Assembly (NCBI GenBank): GCA_039621445.1
Contig: CP154954.1
Location: forward strand, 31,334,012-31,398,011
Direction: 5' to 3'
DNA from: Euglena gracilis
Taxonomy: Eukaryota
Length of the DNA: 64,000 bases
Numbering within the stretch: the stretch's first letter is position 1; each line of letters begins with the position of its first letter. A model generated the notes under the pieces. The model was not told where the DNA came from. It saw nothing but the letters and a program-made list of their open reading frames with translations, and did no database searches. Below are positions 35,873 to 48,089 of the stretch, one piece after another. A program made the translations under genes and the position numbers.

Positions 35873-35906
35873 CCCTGGCAGCCGGTGGGATCCTGCACCC
35901 CCCCCC
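35873..35906 (+). CDS. Putative short exon (T)LAAGGILHPP
   Basis: Follows AACCCTG-GTCCA|. The 3' boundary lies in a C14 run and is uncertain. Confidence 0.35.
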
Positions 35907-36020
35907 CCCCCGGGTTGCACCAGCACCTTTTTTCAACCCCTCAGCTCGCACAGAAAAAATGGCTTGAACTCAGCATTCCTTTTTTTTGGTGAGCCAACAG
36001 CAGATTTGCACCCTGTCGCA

Positions 36021-36083
36021 ACCACAGATGGGCATCTGGCCTAACTCGAGCCCTCTCTCCCACGCGGCGTATGCCCCTGCCGC
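36021..36083 (+). CDS. Putative exon PQMGIWPNSSPLSHAAYAPAA
   Basis: Bounded by CTG-TCGCA| and C|GCC-CAG. P/Q/A/S-rich peptide typical of RNA-binding protein tails. Confidence 0.5.
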
Positions 36084-36984
36084 GCCCAGGCAGACCCAAG
36101 TGCCAATGTTTGGGTTTGAAAGCCCTGGCTTGGCCCGAGGTATCTTCCGCCAGGGTGACTCCCGGAATTTCTTGGGAAAAAATCAACGCCATGATGAGGC
36201 CCTTTTGAGGAATTTTTTGACTCTTGGGTGCTTGGGCAGGGAATGAGTGGAGTGGAATGAGTGGAATGAATGAGTGGAGTGAGCGAAGCTGCGATTTTGG
36301 CTTTGGGTTTCGGTTCTCTCGGGTCACATTCAGTTGGTTCAAATGCAGGGGTGGGGAATTGATAACCACAATTTTCCCGCAATTTCTGCAGTTGTCCACC
36401 ATTTTTGAAGCTTTTCCACAATTTTTCCGCATGAACCTGAAACGGATGGCGAAGTGAGTTCCGGCCATGCCTTGAGCGTTTCATGAGGGAACCCTGGTGC
36501 ATTTTTTTGATATTTTGTTGCCAATTTGCCAAAGTTTGCCAATTTTTACAAATTATTTATAATTATTTCTGAAATCAGTGTGTTCCAGAAAGTACAAAAT
36601 CCTTTGTCTGGGTTTTTTGTTGGAAAAAGTGTCAATAACATCTCAAAGCAATCACCAATTTGACAAAAATAGCTGCAATTCCCACAATTTTCCCTCTGTT
36701 TTCCCCCACACATTTTTCCTCTTTCTTTTCCCGCAGTTTTCCTGCAATTTTTCTCAAGGCTTCCCTGGAAAATGAAGGGTAAAAAGGCTTCCCTGCAAAA
36801 TGGGTCACCACCATCCTTTTCAAGGTTGGATGCCCGTTGCGAGTCCTCCTCCTGCAATGAGGGTTATCTGGATGAGGGTCATCTGGTGTTCACCCCAAGG
36901 TGGCTTCCGCTTCCAGCTCTGATTATTTATGAAATCCTCACAACACGTTCGTTATCAAACGGAGTTCAAATTTGACAAGTTAAT

Positions 36985-37384
36985 CATTGTGGGCAGCCTG
37001 TTTTTATTGAGGTTGTTTTTTTGTTTGCTTTTTTAAAATTTGACAATATTAAAAAAACAAAAAAACGCCCATGAGGTTTTGCACAAAAAAATTTTATATG
37101 TTTATTTTCAATCATTTTGGCAACCTCTGGGTATTTTCTGCCAAAAACTCATTTCCACAAACATGAAAAACGTCATAAAATTGCATTTTTCTGCATTTTG
37201 ACCCATGTTTTGGCAGTTTTTGAACTTAGTAGGATTCAAAGTATCTTATCTTAAAGAGTATGGTTTGGGTGTTTCATAACGAGTTTTTTCAAAGAAATTT
37301 CCCTTTTGTCTTTTTAATGGTTTTTTTTGGTGTTTTTTCTTCTTCAAGAAACACATTGTTTTTTTTAAAAAAATGCCCACTATG
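36985..37384 (-). mobile_element. Older inverted copy of the 13247 MITE
   Basis: CATTGTGGGCA/TGCCCACTATG ends. Degenerate TSD AAGTTAAT/AAGTCAAC. Internal TTTTTGAACTTAGTAGGATTCAAAGTA shared in reverse complement. Confidence 0.8.
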
Positions 37385-40010
37385 AAGTCAACAGGTCGAG
37401 AGGATTGGGGGGACTGCTACCTGAGAATTGGCAATCCAGAGATGTGTTTCCCTTGGGGGTTGGTATGTGGGATGCCGTCAGGTGATATCCTGAGCGGAGG
37501 TCAGCACACCAGTCCTTTTGATGTACATTGGAATCCCCATTTCACATTTCATCCTTTTGCTGCAAATGATGGAGGTGGATTGAGCGTCTGCGAAGCGGTG
37601 TAATGTTGGGTTTCTTTTTTTTTTGAACAAGGCATCTTCTCATTTTGGTGGTTTTTTATTCTGTGAGGTTTTGGTTCAGGTCCTCCCCCAGCGATCCCCC
37701 CAGCACTTTTTTTTAATTTGGTTTTCGTCGAAACAGATGGAACTCATTTTGGTCCGACCCTTTTTTAAAGAAATTGGTTCAAATGCATAATATCAAATGG
37801 ATGAGGTGTGTGAGATTTTTTTTAAGGACCCGGGGGGGGGGTCGGCACCAAACCAGCCCCTGGGGTGGGACAGGGGATTTGGGGGTCAATTTTGTCCCAA
37901 AAATGTTAGTTCTTCGCACTGAAAAAAAAGAGGGACCCCCATCCATCGTGGGGTGGGCTGAGCTGGGACCCCTCCCGCCGTGAAAAATAATTTAATAAAA
38001 AATAATAATAATGATTCCTTGAGATCCACCCAATGGATGACGCAATGCGTTCTGATAATTCGTCAAATGGGTCTCAAGGCAGGGGAGGGCACAAGCGCCT
38101 TTTCTGCATTTGTGTATTTTTTGATTTTTGGCGGAATTTGCCAGGGGCTGTACAGAACTGTGTGTGGGGGGGGGTCAGGGCGGTCCTTTGAAACCGGAAG
38201 GGTCAGGAAAGTTTTTTTTCGTTTTCTTAAGGACTGCCCCCCCCCTTTCTGCCGACCAAGGGCTGGACTGGGACTTGAACGGGGTCAAAAACTCAAAAGC
38301 CGAAATGCACATTTTTTGATGATTTGGGTGGATGGGCGATAGTCCAAGGATGCCAGGGATTATTTTTTTCCTGGTGTCGACCTCTTCTTGCCGGAAAATA
38401 CCAATTTTTCTTGCCCACTTCCCTGGTTTTTTTTCCATTGACTGTGCTGGAACAGCGGAGTTTTTTTTTTAAATTTTGTAAAGGACCGCTGTGGGGTGGG
38501 GTCCCCCCCCCAGGGATGGATGGGAAGCCCTTCGGTATTGAGGTAGGTGGTAGGGGGGGGGTCCCCACCACCCCCCTGGGGGGATAAGGTGGTAGGGGGG
38601 GGCGGACCACCCCTCCTTAACAGGTGCCAAAAATAGCAGAAAATTTTCTTCCGGCGCACAGCGCCGGAAAATGAGCAAAACCCCCCCTTTTGCTGACTTT
38701 TGGACATATTGCCCACTTTTTGACGTGTTGGTGTTCCCCCCCCCCAAAAAAATGTTCAAAAAATTTCAAAAATGAGCATTTTTGGATTGATTTTCAAAGA
38801 AAAATCAGGGATTTTTGACCGATTTCAAACAGATTTCCGGCCCTTTGCCCGTCCATGAAATCGAAAAATTTTCGGCCCTCCCTCAGTTTCGAGTAGGAGG
38901 GGGGGGGGTCCGACCCTCAAGGCTTCCCATCCATCCCTGGCCCCCCACCAGGCCTTTCCATTTTTCTGGGGGGTGCCGATTTCTACGCCAAACTTTTCCC
39001 TCAGCTCCCCTATGATTTTTTTTGTTCCCAAGGGGACCCTTCGTGCCAAGTTTGCCCCTCCCCCCCAGTTCTGCTGGGAATTTTTTTTCAACTTGGAAAA
39101 AATTGGCACTTTGAGCCTGAGGTGATTTTTTCCTCTTCAGTGGAAATGTGTTCTCAGTATGAGCTTTTCTGCAGTCATCCATAATTTTCTTGAAGGTTCC
39201 AATGTCATCCCACCCAACTCACCACAGCCCCCATACCTCCTTCCTTTGCCCGCTAACCACCCATGAACAACGACCACCCCCCAGTTGGGGGATACAGTTT
39301 CGGGGGTACATACGACCACCCTGGCCGGGGTTGTAGGTGGCTTTGAAAACTGGGTTGTTTTTTTGTTTTTGTACTCAGCCGTCCGACCACCCCCTGGTCG
39401 GGGGTGGTGGGTTGGGTGGCGTGTATGACCCCCCCCCCCCGGTCAGGGGTCATAGGAACCCGGTCGGTGGGCAAAGGGGGGGGGTACATGAGCCCTGGGT
39501 GTTCACATGTCAGTGTGCCATTTTGAAGAGTCGGACAAAGGGTGCTCCCGCATTTTTTAAAGTATTTTGCGCCTTCTGTTGTAGAGCGGCACCCGTTGGG
39601 TCCTTTTTACAGCGTTCCCGCCGAACGCTGACCACTCCCCTCTCTGCCGTCTGTAATGAGCCCAACATTCAGTTTTCTCAAACCCAGGGCTGTTATCTTC
39701 CCTCACAGTTTAGCCTCATATTCCTTTTTAACGATCATGTGGAAACTTGGCCTCCTTCAAAGTTGGTTCCTCACCTAGAGGCCAGATATATTTATGGCTG
39801 TTGATGCCCCAAGGCTGCATAATTCTTTTGAAGAATTGCAGACAAGGCTTGCTGTTGAAAACCTTCAATATGCCACAGAAGCAACAATATTGCATATCAA
39901 TTTATCATTTCAAAAAATTACCATATCAATGAAGGGTTGCATCAAATTCTCGAAATTTGATGTGCAACAGTTTTCTTTCAACAATCCACCCATTCCTTAA
40001 GGGTTCCCCG

Positions 40011-40303
40011 CAGGCTTCTTTTTAATTCACCTGCCCCCCCCCCCCCCCGGGGGGAGGGGGGGTGGGGGTGTGTTCCCGGCCGGTCACCCCCCCCCCGGGG
40101 GGGGGGGGGGGGGTCCCGCGCCGGAGGCGCTGGGTATACCTTTTCGGCGCGAAGTGCCGAAAATTTTTGAAAATTGCCTTTAACGGGCCCGATTTTGGGG
40201 GGGTCCCCGGACCCCCCCCCCTTGGGGGGGGTCCCGCCCCACCCTGGGTGGGTGGGGGGGACCCCCCCCCGCCCCCCCCCCGGGGGACTTAAAAAGAAGC
40301 CTG
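40011..40303. mobile_element. hAT-type MITE
   Basis: TIR CAGGCTTCTTTTTAA/TTAAAAAGAAGCCTG. TSD GTTCCCCG/GTTCACAG (6/8). Confidence 0.85.
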
Positions 40304-40663
40304 GTTCACAGTAGGCCAAATTTGGCGAGCGAAATCCCAATGACCTCCCTGGAGGGGGTCCGCTAGCAATTTTTACAGTGACCGGCGCGAAGTGCCGCAA
40401 TTTTTTGGAGGACTCCCAAAACCTGCCAAACAGGCCCATTTTTGGCCATTTTTGGGATTTTTGCAAAATCAGCCAAAAAAATGTATTAAAAACTTCATTT
40501 CTTTCCTGGAGAAAAAATTTTTCCTGGGGGGGGGTGGCTGGTCTAGCTCCTTTTTTCCAGTGTCTAGTGAAATGGCTAACCAGTGACCCTCCTGGGGACC
40601 TTAAGCAATAGCCTGGCAACAATGCATAGACCAAGAATGTGTTATTTTCAATGTATACAGATA

Positions 40664-41052
40664 CAGGGGCATTTCGCATTTTTTCGCAGTTTTTGCGCAT
40701 TTTTTCAAATTTTCCAAAATGCGCATTTTTTTCGCATTTTTTGCGCATTCTTTCATTTTTTTTCAGCGCATTTTTTTGCTTTTTGGCACATTTTTTCGTG
40801 ATTTTCCAAAATTTTCGCATTTTTTGACCATTTTTGCAATTTTTTTTGCAAAAATTTGAAATTTTCGACTTTTTTTAAAACTTACATTTTCCTCATTATT
40901 CTACATAATTTCTTCAAATTTGGTGCCATTTTTGCATGGTTTTGGGTAATTTTTGCATTTTCGTGATTTTTGCGCATTTTTTTTGCGCATTTTTTTGCGC
41001 ATTTTTGCGCATTTTTTCCGAGGCCGGGCGAGCGCATTCCCCCCCCCCCCTG
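40664..41052. mobile_element. TIR element rich in GCGCATTTTTT repeats (partial copy at 29523-29604)
   Basis: CAGGGG...CCCCTG ends flanked by CAGATA on both sides. The 3' ~80 bp is shared with 29525-29604. Confidence 0.65.
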
Positions 41053-41199
41053 CAGATATGTGCACAGATATTCATGCATAATATGAAATTCCAGGTGACA
41101 AAAGTTGTGATCCGAACAGGGACCAGGACGTTTGTTAGATTGGGGGGGAGCAGGTGTGGACGTGCGTACCTATTGCACACATACCTCCCTCCCTCCCAT

Positions 41200-41490
41200 T
41201 GGAAACTGTCATGCCTGAGAACCTGTCAGGGTCCTGCTCGTGAAACTGTCAGGGTCCCCGTCACCGGCCAACCTGTCAGTTTAGGAAGTTGTCAGGGTCC
41301 CTGGTGCTGACCAACCTGTCAGGGTCTTTTTTTTTTCCATTGATTTTCCCTTAAAATGCCCTCCCCAGGAAACTGTCAAGGCCCCCCTCCTTGGAAACTG
41401 TCAGGGTCTTGGGTGCTGGCCAACCTGTCATGATAGGAAGCTGTCAGGGTCCTCAGCACTGGCCGACCTGTCAGGTGACAGTTTCCCAGG
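41200..41490. repeat. Dispersed tandem ACCTGTCAGGGTC motif repeats
   Basis: About 10 copies of (A/C)CTGTCAG. Confidence 0.7.
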
Positions 41491-42499
41491 CAGAGGGGAC
41501 ACATGTACATTGATGAAATTTGACAATCCAATTTGACAATCACCCAGATGAATTGTCAAAAGTGAAATTTCCATTCCAGGTGGCGTGGCAGCATCCGCTT
41601 CCTGTATTCAAACTCATATTGCTTTGTATACCCTCTTGCTGCCTAAAATTCTGTTTTCTCTGGGCATCCCACAAAATTGATTTCTTTCGCCGAGTTCACA
41701 CCCCACTTTGATGACCTTTGGACAAATGAACATTGTGGACCCCCCAAATGATCCCCCCTGAAAGACTGCCACAATGGGACGTGGTTCAGTAAGCAAACTG
41801 TGGGGCGGTGTTGCAGTTCCAATCCACATGACCCATGAAAAGTTCAAAAGGGCATTGCCAAGGGTGGATGCCCCTCCATTTTGAAAGAAAGGTCAAGAGG
41901 GACTTCCCTTACATGTGGCCATTAAGGTAGGCACCATGTTCTGAGACAGGGGCAAGGGCAGGGGATGTCAAGGCGGCCAATAAGGGACGGGAAGGTTGGT
42001 TTTTATTTTCAAAGTCCACCCCAAAGGGATCTTCAGGCCCCAGGGACGGCCAACGGCCGATCCAGGGATCGAACGGGGTCAAAAATTAAGAAGTCGAAAA
42101 GTGCAGTTTTATATTTTGGGTGGATGGACGATGTGTGAAGATGCAAGGAATAGCCTTTTCCCCCGAAATCGACACATTTTTTTTGCCAAAATATGATTAT
42201 TTTCCAAACCATTTTGTTTTTTTCATTGAATGTGTTGAGACAGGATTTTTTTTTTTTTTTTTAAGGAGCGCCATGGGGAATTTACAGAAATCCCAAAACC
42301 CTGAGGGTGGGGGTGGGGGGGGTTTACAGCCCTCACAGGAGGTGAAATTTGAGAGCTGCTAGTGAGAAATAATTGAAAATTGTCGCCCTAAATTTTTGGT
42401 TTTCCCAAGCATTCAGTTATCACTGTCAACCATTGCCCCCCCCCCCACATTCTCTTACACACCCTTGCACACCCTCAAATTGTCCTGTGTTCTTTTCCA

Positions 42500-45110
42500 T
42501 TGTGCCTGATCCATTCTAACAGAAGTTTGGACCGCCATTCATCTGTACAGCACCGTTCCACCCACCCCCATCACCCCCTTGGCAAGCCTTCTGTGGCTGC
42601 TTTGAGACCAGCACCTCCACCCAGACAAGTCAGAACCCCCCCCTTAGATCTGCTGTCAAGCACCTGTCCAGGAGGCATCCCCTGCTGGGGGTGTCCTTGG
42701 ATTTCTGCCTGGTCAGGGGAAAGGGGGGGCAGCTTTGCTTCATCAAACGGACAGTTTGCATTGCATCCCTGGGGGTGGCACATTGCCGAAGTGCCTGAGC
42801 ATTTCTGGCAAGCCCCATGTTCCAACTTGGGGGGGGTGATCAAATACCAGAAATGATTGTGATTTTTGAAGGCCTAATGGCACTCTCTTTCACCCTGGCA
42901 GGGATTGAAAATTCCAATACCTTCACACGGGTGTAGACTGTCCACTGGGATCCCAGTGAACGTTCAACAGAGTTTGGATTCCCAGGGGAAGATTATGGGT
43001 CCATCTGGCTGCCAAGGCTTGTGCCATTGCGCAATGGCGGTGCTGTCAGGGACATTGGCAGGCACGCTTTTGGCTGAACTGGAAATATTGGAGTGTGCTG
43101 CCTGTGCTCCTGTAGTGTAGTCCCAGCAGGGGCAGGAGGGCAGTTGGCAGATATTTCTCTTTTTTCTAACATCATTTGTTCATTTCTTGTGGCGGCTATA
43201 TACATATTCAGGCAAAGTAATATCGAATTGTCACTTGAGCTTAAGGAAATTTTGGGCCTCAACACTTCATTTCTTTAGAAAAAAGTATAAATTCAACAAA
43301 AAAAAAACTCTAAAAAACAAGCTAGTTGGGGTCAACCAGCGGCCGTAGTGGTTGATCCAGAACTTGGTTTTTGGGGGGGAAATGTCTGATGCCACAATGC
43401 CCATTTATCGGCCCATAATTCAAAAATCTTCTTCCTCAGGCGGAAAACTGCTCAAAGTGCAACAATTCTTGAAGTCAAAATCACACGTTTGCATGGATCG
43501 GGATGTCAATTCTTCCGCAATGACTCCAGGGTCAATTCAGGGGCCGGAAGTGTTTTGGTTCTGGCTGCCCTCTGCCCCTGGCCGTTCTCGCTTTTGGGCA
43601 GTCGTCCCCTGTCTATTTCATACCGCTCTGTAGCTCCCACTTGTCCCCCAGCCGGTGCACATCCTGGGAAGTCAACAGTCAAGTTCAGGTCGGTCAGGTT
43701 CTAGGGGGGAGACCGGGGGGGGGGTCCAAAAGTCAACCAGATCCGGATTACTCACCTCCTGGGGTTTTGGCCTCACGCTCGAATCTGCAGTAACCATCAT
43801 ATGCTTGTTCTGGACCTTGGCATCAACTTTGTTTGTTTTTTTTTTGCTATTTCCGCAAATTTCCGAAAATTATTCTGCAAAATGTCGCAATTTCGCAACA
43901 GTGATTGTTTAAAGTCTCCATCCATATCCTTCCTGATCTGTGTACATTTGCTTAAAAAATTCTGATCAAAAATGCTACATTCCACATCATGGATGCATTT
44001 CTCTGATGTAAAGAAGTCAATAAATCCACCATTGGGCACCATTGGGCATTGCATGCATTGTTTGGCACCGGTTGCCTCTTGTTGACTTAACCCCCAATTA
44101 GAAGCCCCCCGGATTTCACTCTGCGGAAAACCCGAGTGGGGTGCGCCACGGGTCAGGTTTTTGCCGGCCAAAGGCCAGGCCGGAAAATTTTTTTCCAGCA
44201 TTTTCGGTCGACGTTGGCTGGGTTTTGGGTGGCTGGGTGGGTGGGTGGTGTTGACCCCCCCCCCGGAGTTGTGGGTGGGTGGTTTTTTTTTTGGTGGTTT
44301 TGGTTTTCAAAAAGTGGGTGGGTGGGTTTGGGTCCCATCCAAGGGGGGGTCACCAAGTGTCTCTATGGTCCCAACCACTCCTCCTGACCCTTGGTCTGGA
44401 CAGAGTCCTTGACATAGCAAAACGTGGTTTGCCCAGTTGTTGTGCCCTTGCCTGGTTTCCATGGGAATGTGCATGGTTGCTGGAACCCAATGTGCATTGC
44501 CTTGGCAATGATGCAGGAAGTTCCCATTTGGGTGGTTTGGTTTGATTTGACGAACCAGCAGGTTGCAAGGTTAGGGTCAGTGTTTGCCCCCAATGGGATT
44601 GGGGCACTGGCTGGTGTCTTTCAACCCTGCAGCACGGTTGCCTCACACTCCTCCAGGCTTGCGTTGTAGAAAGGAATGGTTGCTGATTCTCTTTTACCCA
44701 CTGAAAAAAAATGGGCATTCCATCCTCTGGTAATGAGCAGACATGTTTTTGCCATGGGATGAAGTCTTTTGTAATCCAATGCCACTGCACTTATTTTTCC
44801 CCCTTTTGTGATCCGCAAAAAAAATTATCTGTGACTCGGTAAACGTTTGTCATGTGCTCCGGAGCGGTTTCATTTGCAGCCCAGCCCTCAGGAACAATTT
44901 GCTGATTTTGCCCTTTTGAAACAGACTCAAAAATTGCTCAAGAAGGTAAAGAAACTGGGCTCCAATTGTGGATTTCAGTTCTTTTTGGCATTTGCAAATA
45001 GTGTTCAACAACAAGTCTATTCTTTTTTTTGCAGCGGTTCACCAAACTTTGTCGGCATCGTTGGCAAATGGAACTCGTGAGGGAACAAGCGGAAGAGGAA
45101 CTCCTGAGGG
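42500..45110 (-). pseudogene. Possible highly decayed non-LTR retrotransposon remnant
   Basis: VPFANDAD...IDLLLNTI (FADD-like) near 45000-45075, PMVPNGG near 44030, and a Cys-containing segment near 43140. Many stops and insertions. Confidence 0.3.
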
Positions 45111-45139
45111 GGAAACTGCCGCAAATGGTGGAAGGGGCA

Positions 45140-45244
45140 ATACACACACACACACACATACACACATATATGTACATGCATATGGATTGTATGTATGCAT
45201 GTATATGTATGTATGTACACACACATATATATATTATGTGTGTT
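45140..45244. repeat. (CA)n/(TA)n/(TG)n purine-pyrimidine microsatellite
   Basis: Alternating RY tract that begins with CA repeats and ends with TG repeats. Confidence 0.9.
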
Positions 45245-45256
45245 TTTGGCAAGTGT

Positions 45257-45447
45257 ACCCTTTGATACCCCCTTTGACCTGGAGGGGATTTTTGGGTTAT
45301 TGAAAGAACAGGGTTGGGGTCAGCCTTGGGCTCTTAGACCTAATTTATAGATTAGTGTTAGGCCTGCGCATGAGTCTAAACTTAGGCCCAACCCTCATCC
45401 TATTCCTTCAAAAACCCAAAAATCTGCTCTGGGGGGTACCAAAGGGA
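45257..45447. mobile_element. Short foldback element
   Basis: CCCTTTGATACCCCC/GGGGGTACCAAAGGG, with inner arms TTTTTGGGTT/AACCCAAAAA. Confidence 0.6.
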
Positions 45448-47301
45448 CCCTGGCTTGAGACTGGACAGCTGGGAAAGGTTGGTTGTTCTTCTTCTTAGGT
45501 CTCAAAGTGGGCCTAGCCTCCGAACGGCCCCATCCGTCACTTGCGACGCTATTCCGCCACTATAAGGGTGACAGGGGGTGTCATATGCCTGGCTGGGCCG
45601 GCCAGGGCTTGTCTGCGTGACGTCGCTCCGCACAACAAAACACGGGGAACCGGTGGGTAGTGTCTGGCTCAGACACCGTCCCTCCCTGCCCTACCCCGGG
45701 GCCCATATGTGCAAATGCCAAACCAACCCCGGTGGGAGTCGCTTCCACACCAGCGGAACGCTGTCCTCGCTGCCCCCTGCAGTCCACTCTGTATGATATT
45801 CGCTTCTGCTGGGGCATTTGATGACATCAAAGCAGTAGGTGAAAGGCTCGTGCACATAAGGTAATAACAGGCCACCAACCGGCATTTGTCGCTTGATCTG
45901 CCCACACTTTCACAACCAATGCCCCCATCACATCACATCACCTGTGCTCCAGCTGGACTATATACCTCTCTTCCTGATCTGGTGCTTTCCTGATTCCTCA
46001 TTTCATTTGTTGGCTTATTTGTTTAGTTGGCACCCCTCTCCGTCCGGAGGAGGGTTTATTTGTCGAAAATGTCCAAGTGTGTGAGAATCTGGGAATGAAC
46101 CTCAAAAATGACTCCCGAAAGCGAGTCCCTGTCTTGAAGGCGGATTGTGGGTGTTCAATTGACTCTTTTGCCCCCAATCTTTTGTGCTAGCATTGGCCAT
46201 TGGCCATTGCTGAAGCTGAAAGGGGCCAAACCCCCTTTCCCCCTCCCCCTGGGGGTCAGCAAACTTGTATGGTCCGGGGGCAGGCTTTTTTTAAGGGAAG
46301 TCGCACCCCCCCCCCTGGGGGCAGGGGGTTGGGCATTTTCGACCCCGGGGGGGGGGGTGGGTGGGTGGGACCGCCCAAACCAACCCCGGACAGGGCACGG
46401 AGCGCAGGTACCAGTATGTAAGGAACTACTGGTACCCAGCAGCACACTACCCACCCGCCACCCGCCCTAAGGCCGAGACTTGGTGACCCGGGTTTACCTA
46501 AGCCGCGGGACCGTGAGGCCACATTGGAATTTTTCAAGTCATGGCGTTGAGCCTGCGCCATGCATCCCCCACACAGAAAAGTGGGAAGAGGGCAGGAGGC
46601 AAGGGCGGCACTGGGGCGCAAGGGTGTAGACCCACCCACGGGAACCACACCAACCACACAAGGTGAGTGTATGTCCCTACAGCGCTGGAATTACACCAGA
46701 GTTACTCACCCGGCCAGGGGGAGCAACAAAAGAGGACTGGTGTAAGGGGTCCCTGGCCACTCACCACGCAAACTGGGCCAGAAGCGAAGTTAGCCCCGGC
46801 CATAAACAGACAAGAAGCCTTAGTGCAGCTAAGGGGGGTGGGCGGGTTTTGGGGTGGGTAGTGCAAGAGCACCCCCCCCCCCTCCTCCGGCGCCAAAGCG
46901 CCCGGGCTCGCCGGGGCCCGAAAATGGCCATTTTTAAAAGAAATTTGCCTTGGCCGGGAGGCACCGGGGCCCGAAACTGACCCCCCCCCCAAGGGGTGTG
47001 CCTGCTATGGGCAGGCATCCCATAGCACAAGGCACCCCTTCCCCCCTGGGGTTGGTCAAGAGAAGCGTGGTCTGGGGAGGGGGCCAGCCCACGGGTCGCA
47101 GCCGGCCATGCGCAGCCGGGCTGTGGTCCGGCCACGCACCCGGCCCCTGCCCCAGTATTCCTATTTCACTGCAGTGTCCGGTTGGGCAGGTGACGCCTTG
47201 GTTGTTGTTTTCCGGCAATGCCAAGGCACGGCCCTTCTGGGGCGAAGGACGTTCATCTTTGATCTCCGTAACGTCACTGGTACGCCACGATACGTCACGA
47301 T

Positions 47302-48089
47302 CAGGGAATTTCTTAAGCCGGAGGGTGCCCTACCCCCCCCCCCCCCCCCCCGGGGGGTCCATCCAGCCAGCAGCTCAAATCCAGCCAGCAGCCCAAATTC
47401 GGGCTGGGAGCCCCCACCCCCCCCCAGGGGTCGAGTGAAATAAAGTCGGGTCCAGCCCGGCCGGAGGCCGGGCCAGCCGGCCGCAGGCTGGACAGCCAAC
47501 TGGGCTGCCCAGCTCACCTATCCATGCATTTTTCCCCCCTCATCACAGCTTCCTCCATCACAGCCCCCAGCCTTGATCTAGCTCCATCCATCAAAATGTC
47601 TAAAATGGCAAAAATGTTTTAGAAAATTTTGTTTTTCATCGACCCAGCCCAGCCCAGCCTCCTCCAGCCCCCGACCCCCCCCCCCCGGGAGGGTCCAGCC
47701 AGCTGCTCATTCAGGGGTTTTTTTAGTCGTGGACCCCCGGGGGGGGGGGGGGGGGTGGGGGGGGTGGGCCCGGCCGGGCCCCCCCCCCCCCCGGGGAGTC
47801 CCCTCGGAGGGGGGTGGGATATACTTTTTGGCGCTGAAGGCGCCGAAAATTTTGGAAAAGTGCTATTTTCAGCAATTTTCGCAATTTTTCGGCCATTTTT
47901 TGTGGGTCCCAGGACCCCCCCCCCCGGGGGGGCCCCTGGGGGGACCCCCAGGAGGGGGGTGGGCGGGTGGGGGGGGACCCCCCTCCCCCCCCGGTCTTAA
48001 AAAAACCCCTGTGCTCATTTCCAGCCAGCAGCCTTTTTGCCAGCCGGAGGCTGGACCCCCCTCCCCTGGGGGTCCTTAAGAATTCCCTG
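47302..48089. mobile_element. hAT-type MITE with nested MITE at 47712-48011
   Basis: Outer CAGGGAATT/AATTCCCTG, TSD GTCACGAT. Inner CAGGGGTTTTT/AAAAACCCCTG, TSD TGCTCATT. Confidence 0.92.

Noticed and set aside
36133-36147. Additional micro-exon of the CCCH gene (PEVS)
   Set aside because: It fits the CTG-N5/N3-CAG pattern, but I could not identify a downstream exon to test the frame.
44938-45303. His/Tyr/Cys-rich ORFs
   Set aside because: These are translations of the CA/TA/TG microsatellite.
45520-46200. Host exon or ncRNA in unique-looking sequence
   Set aside because: No recognisable motif or sustained open frame, so no call is supportable.
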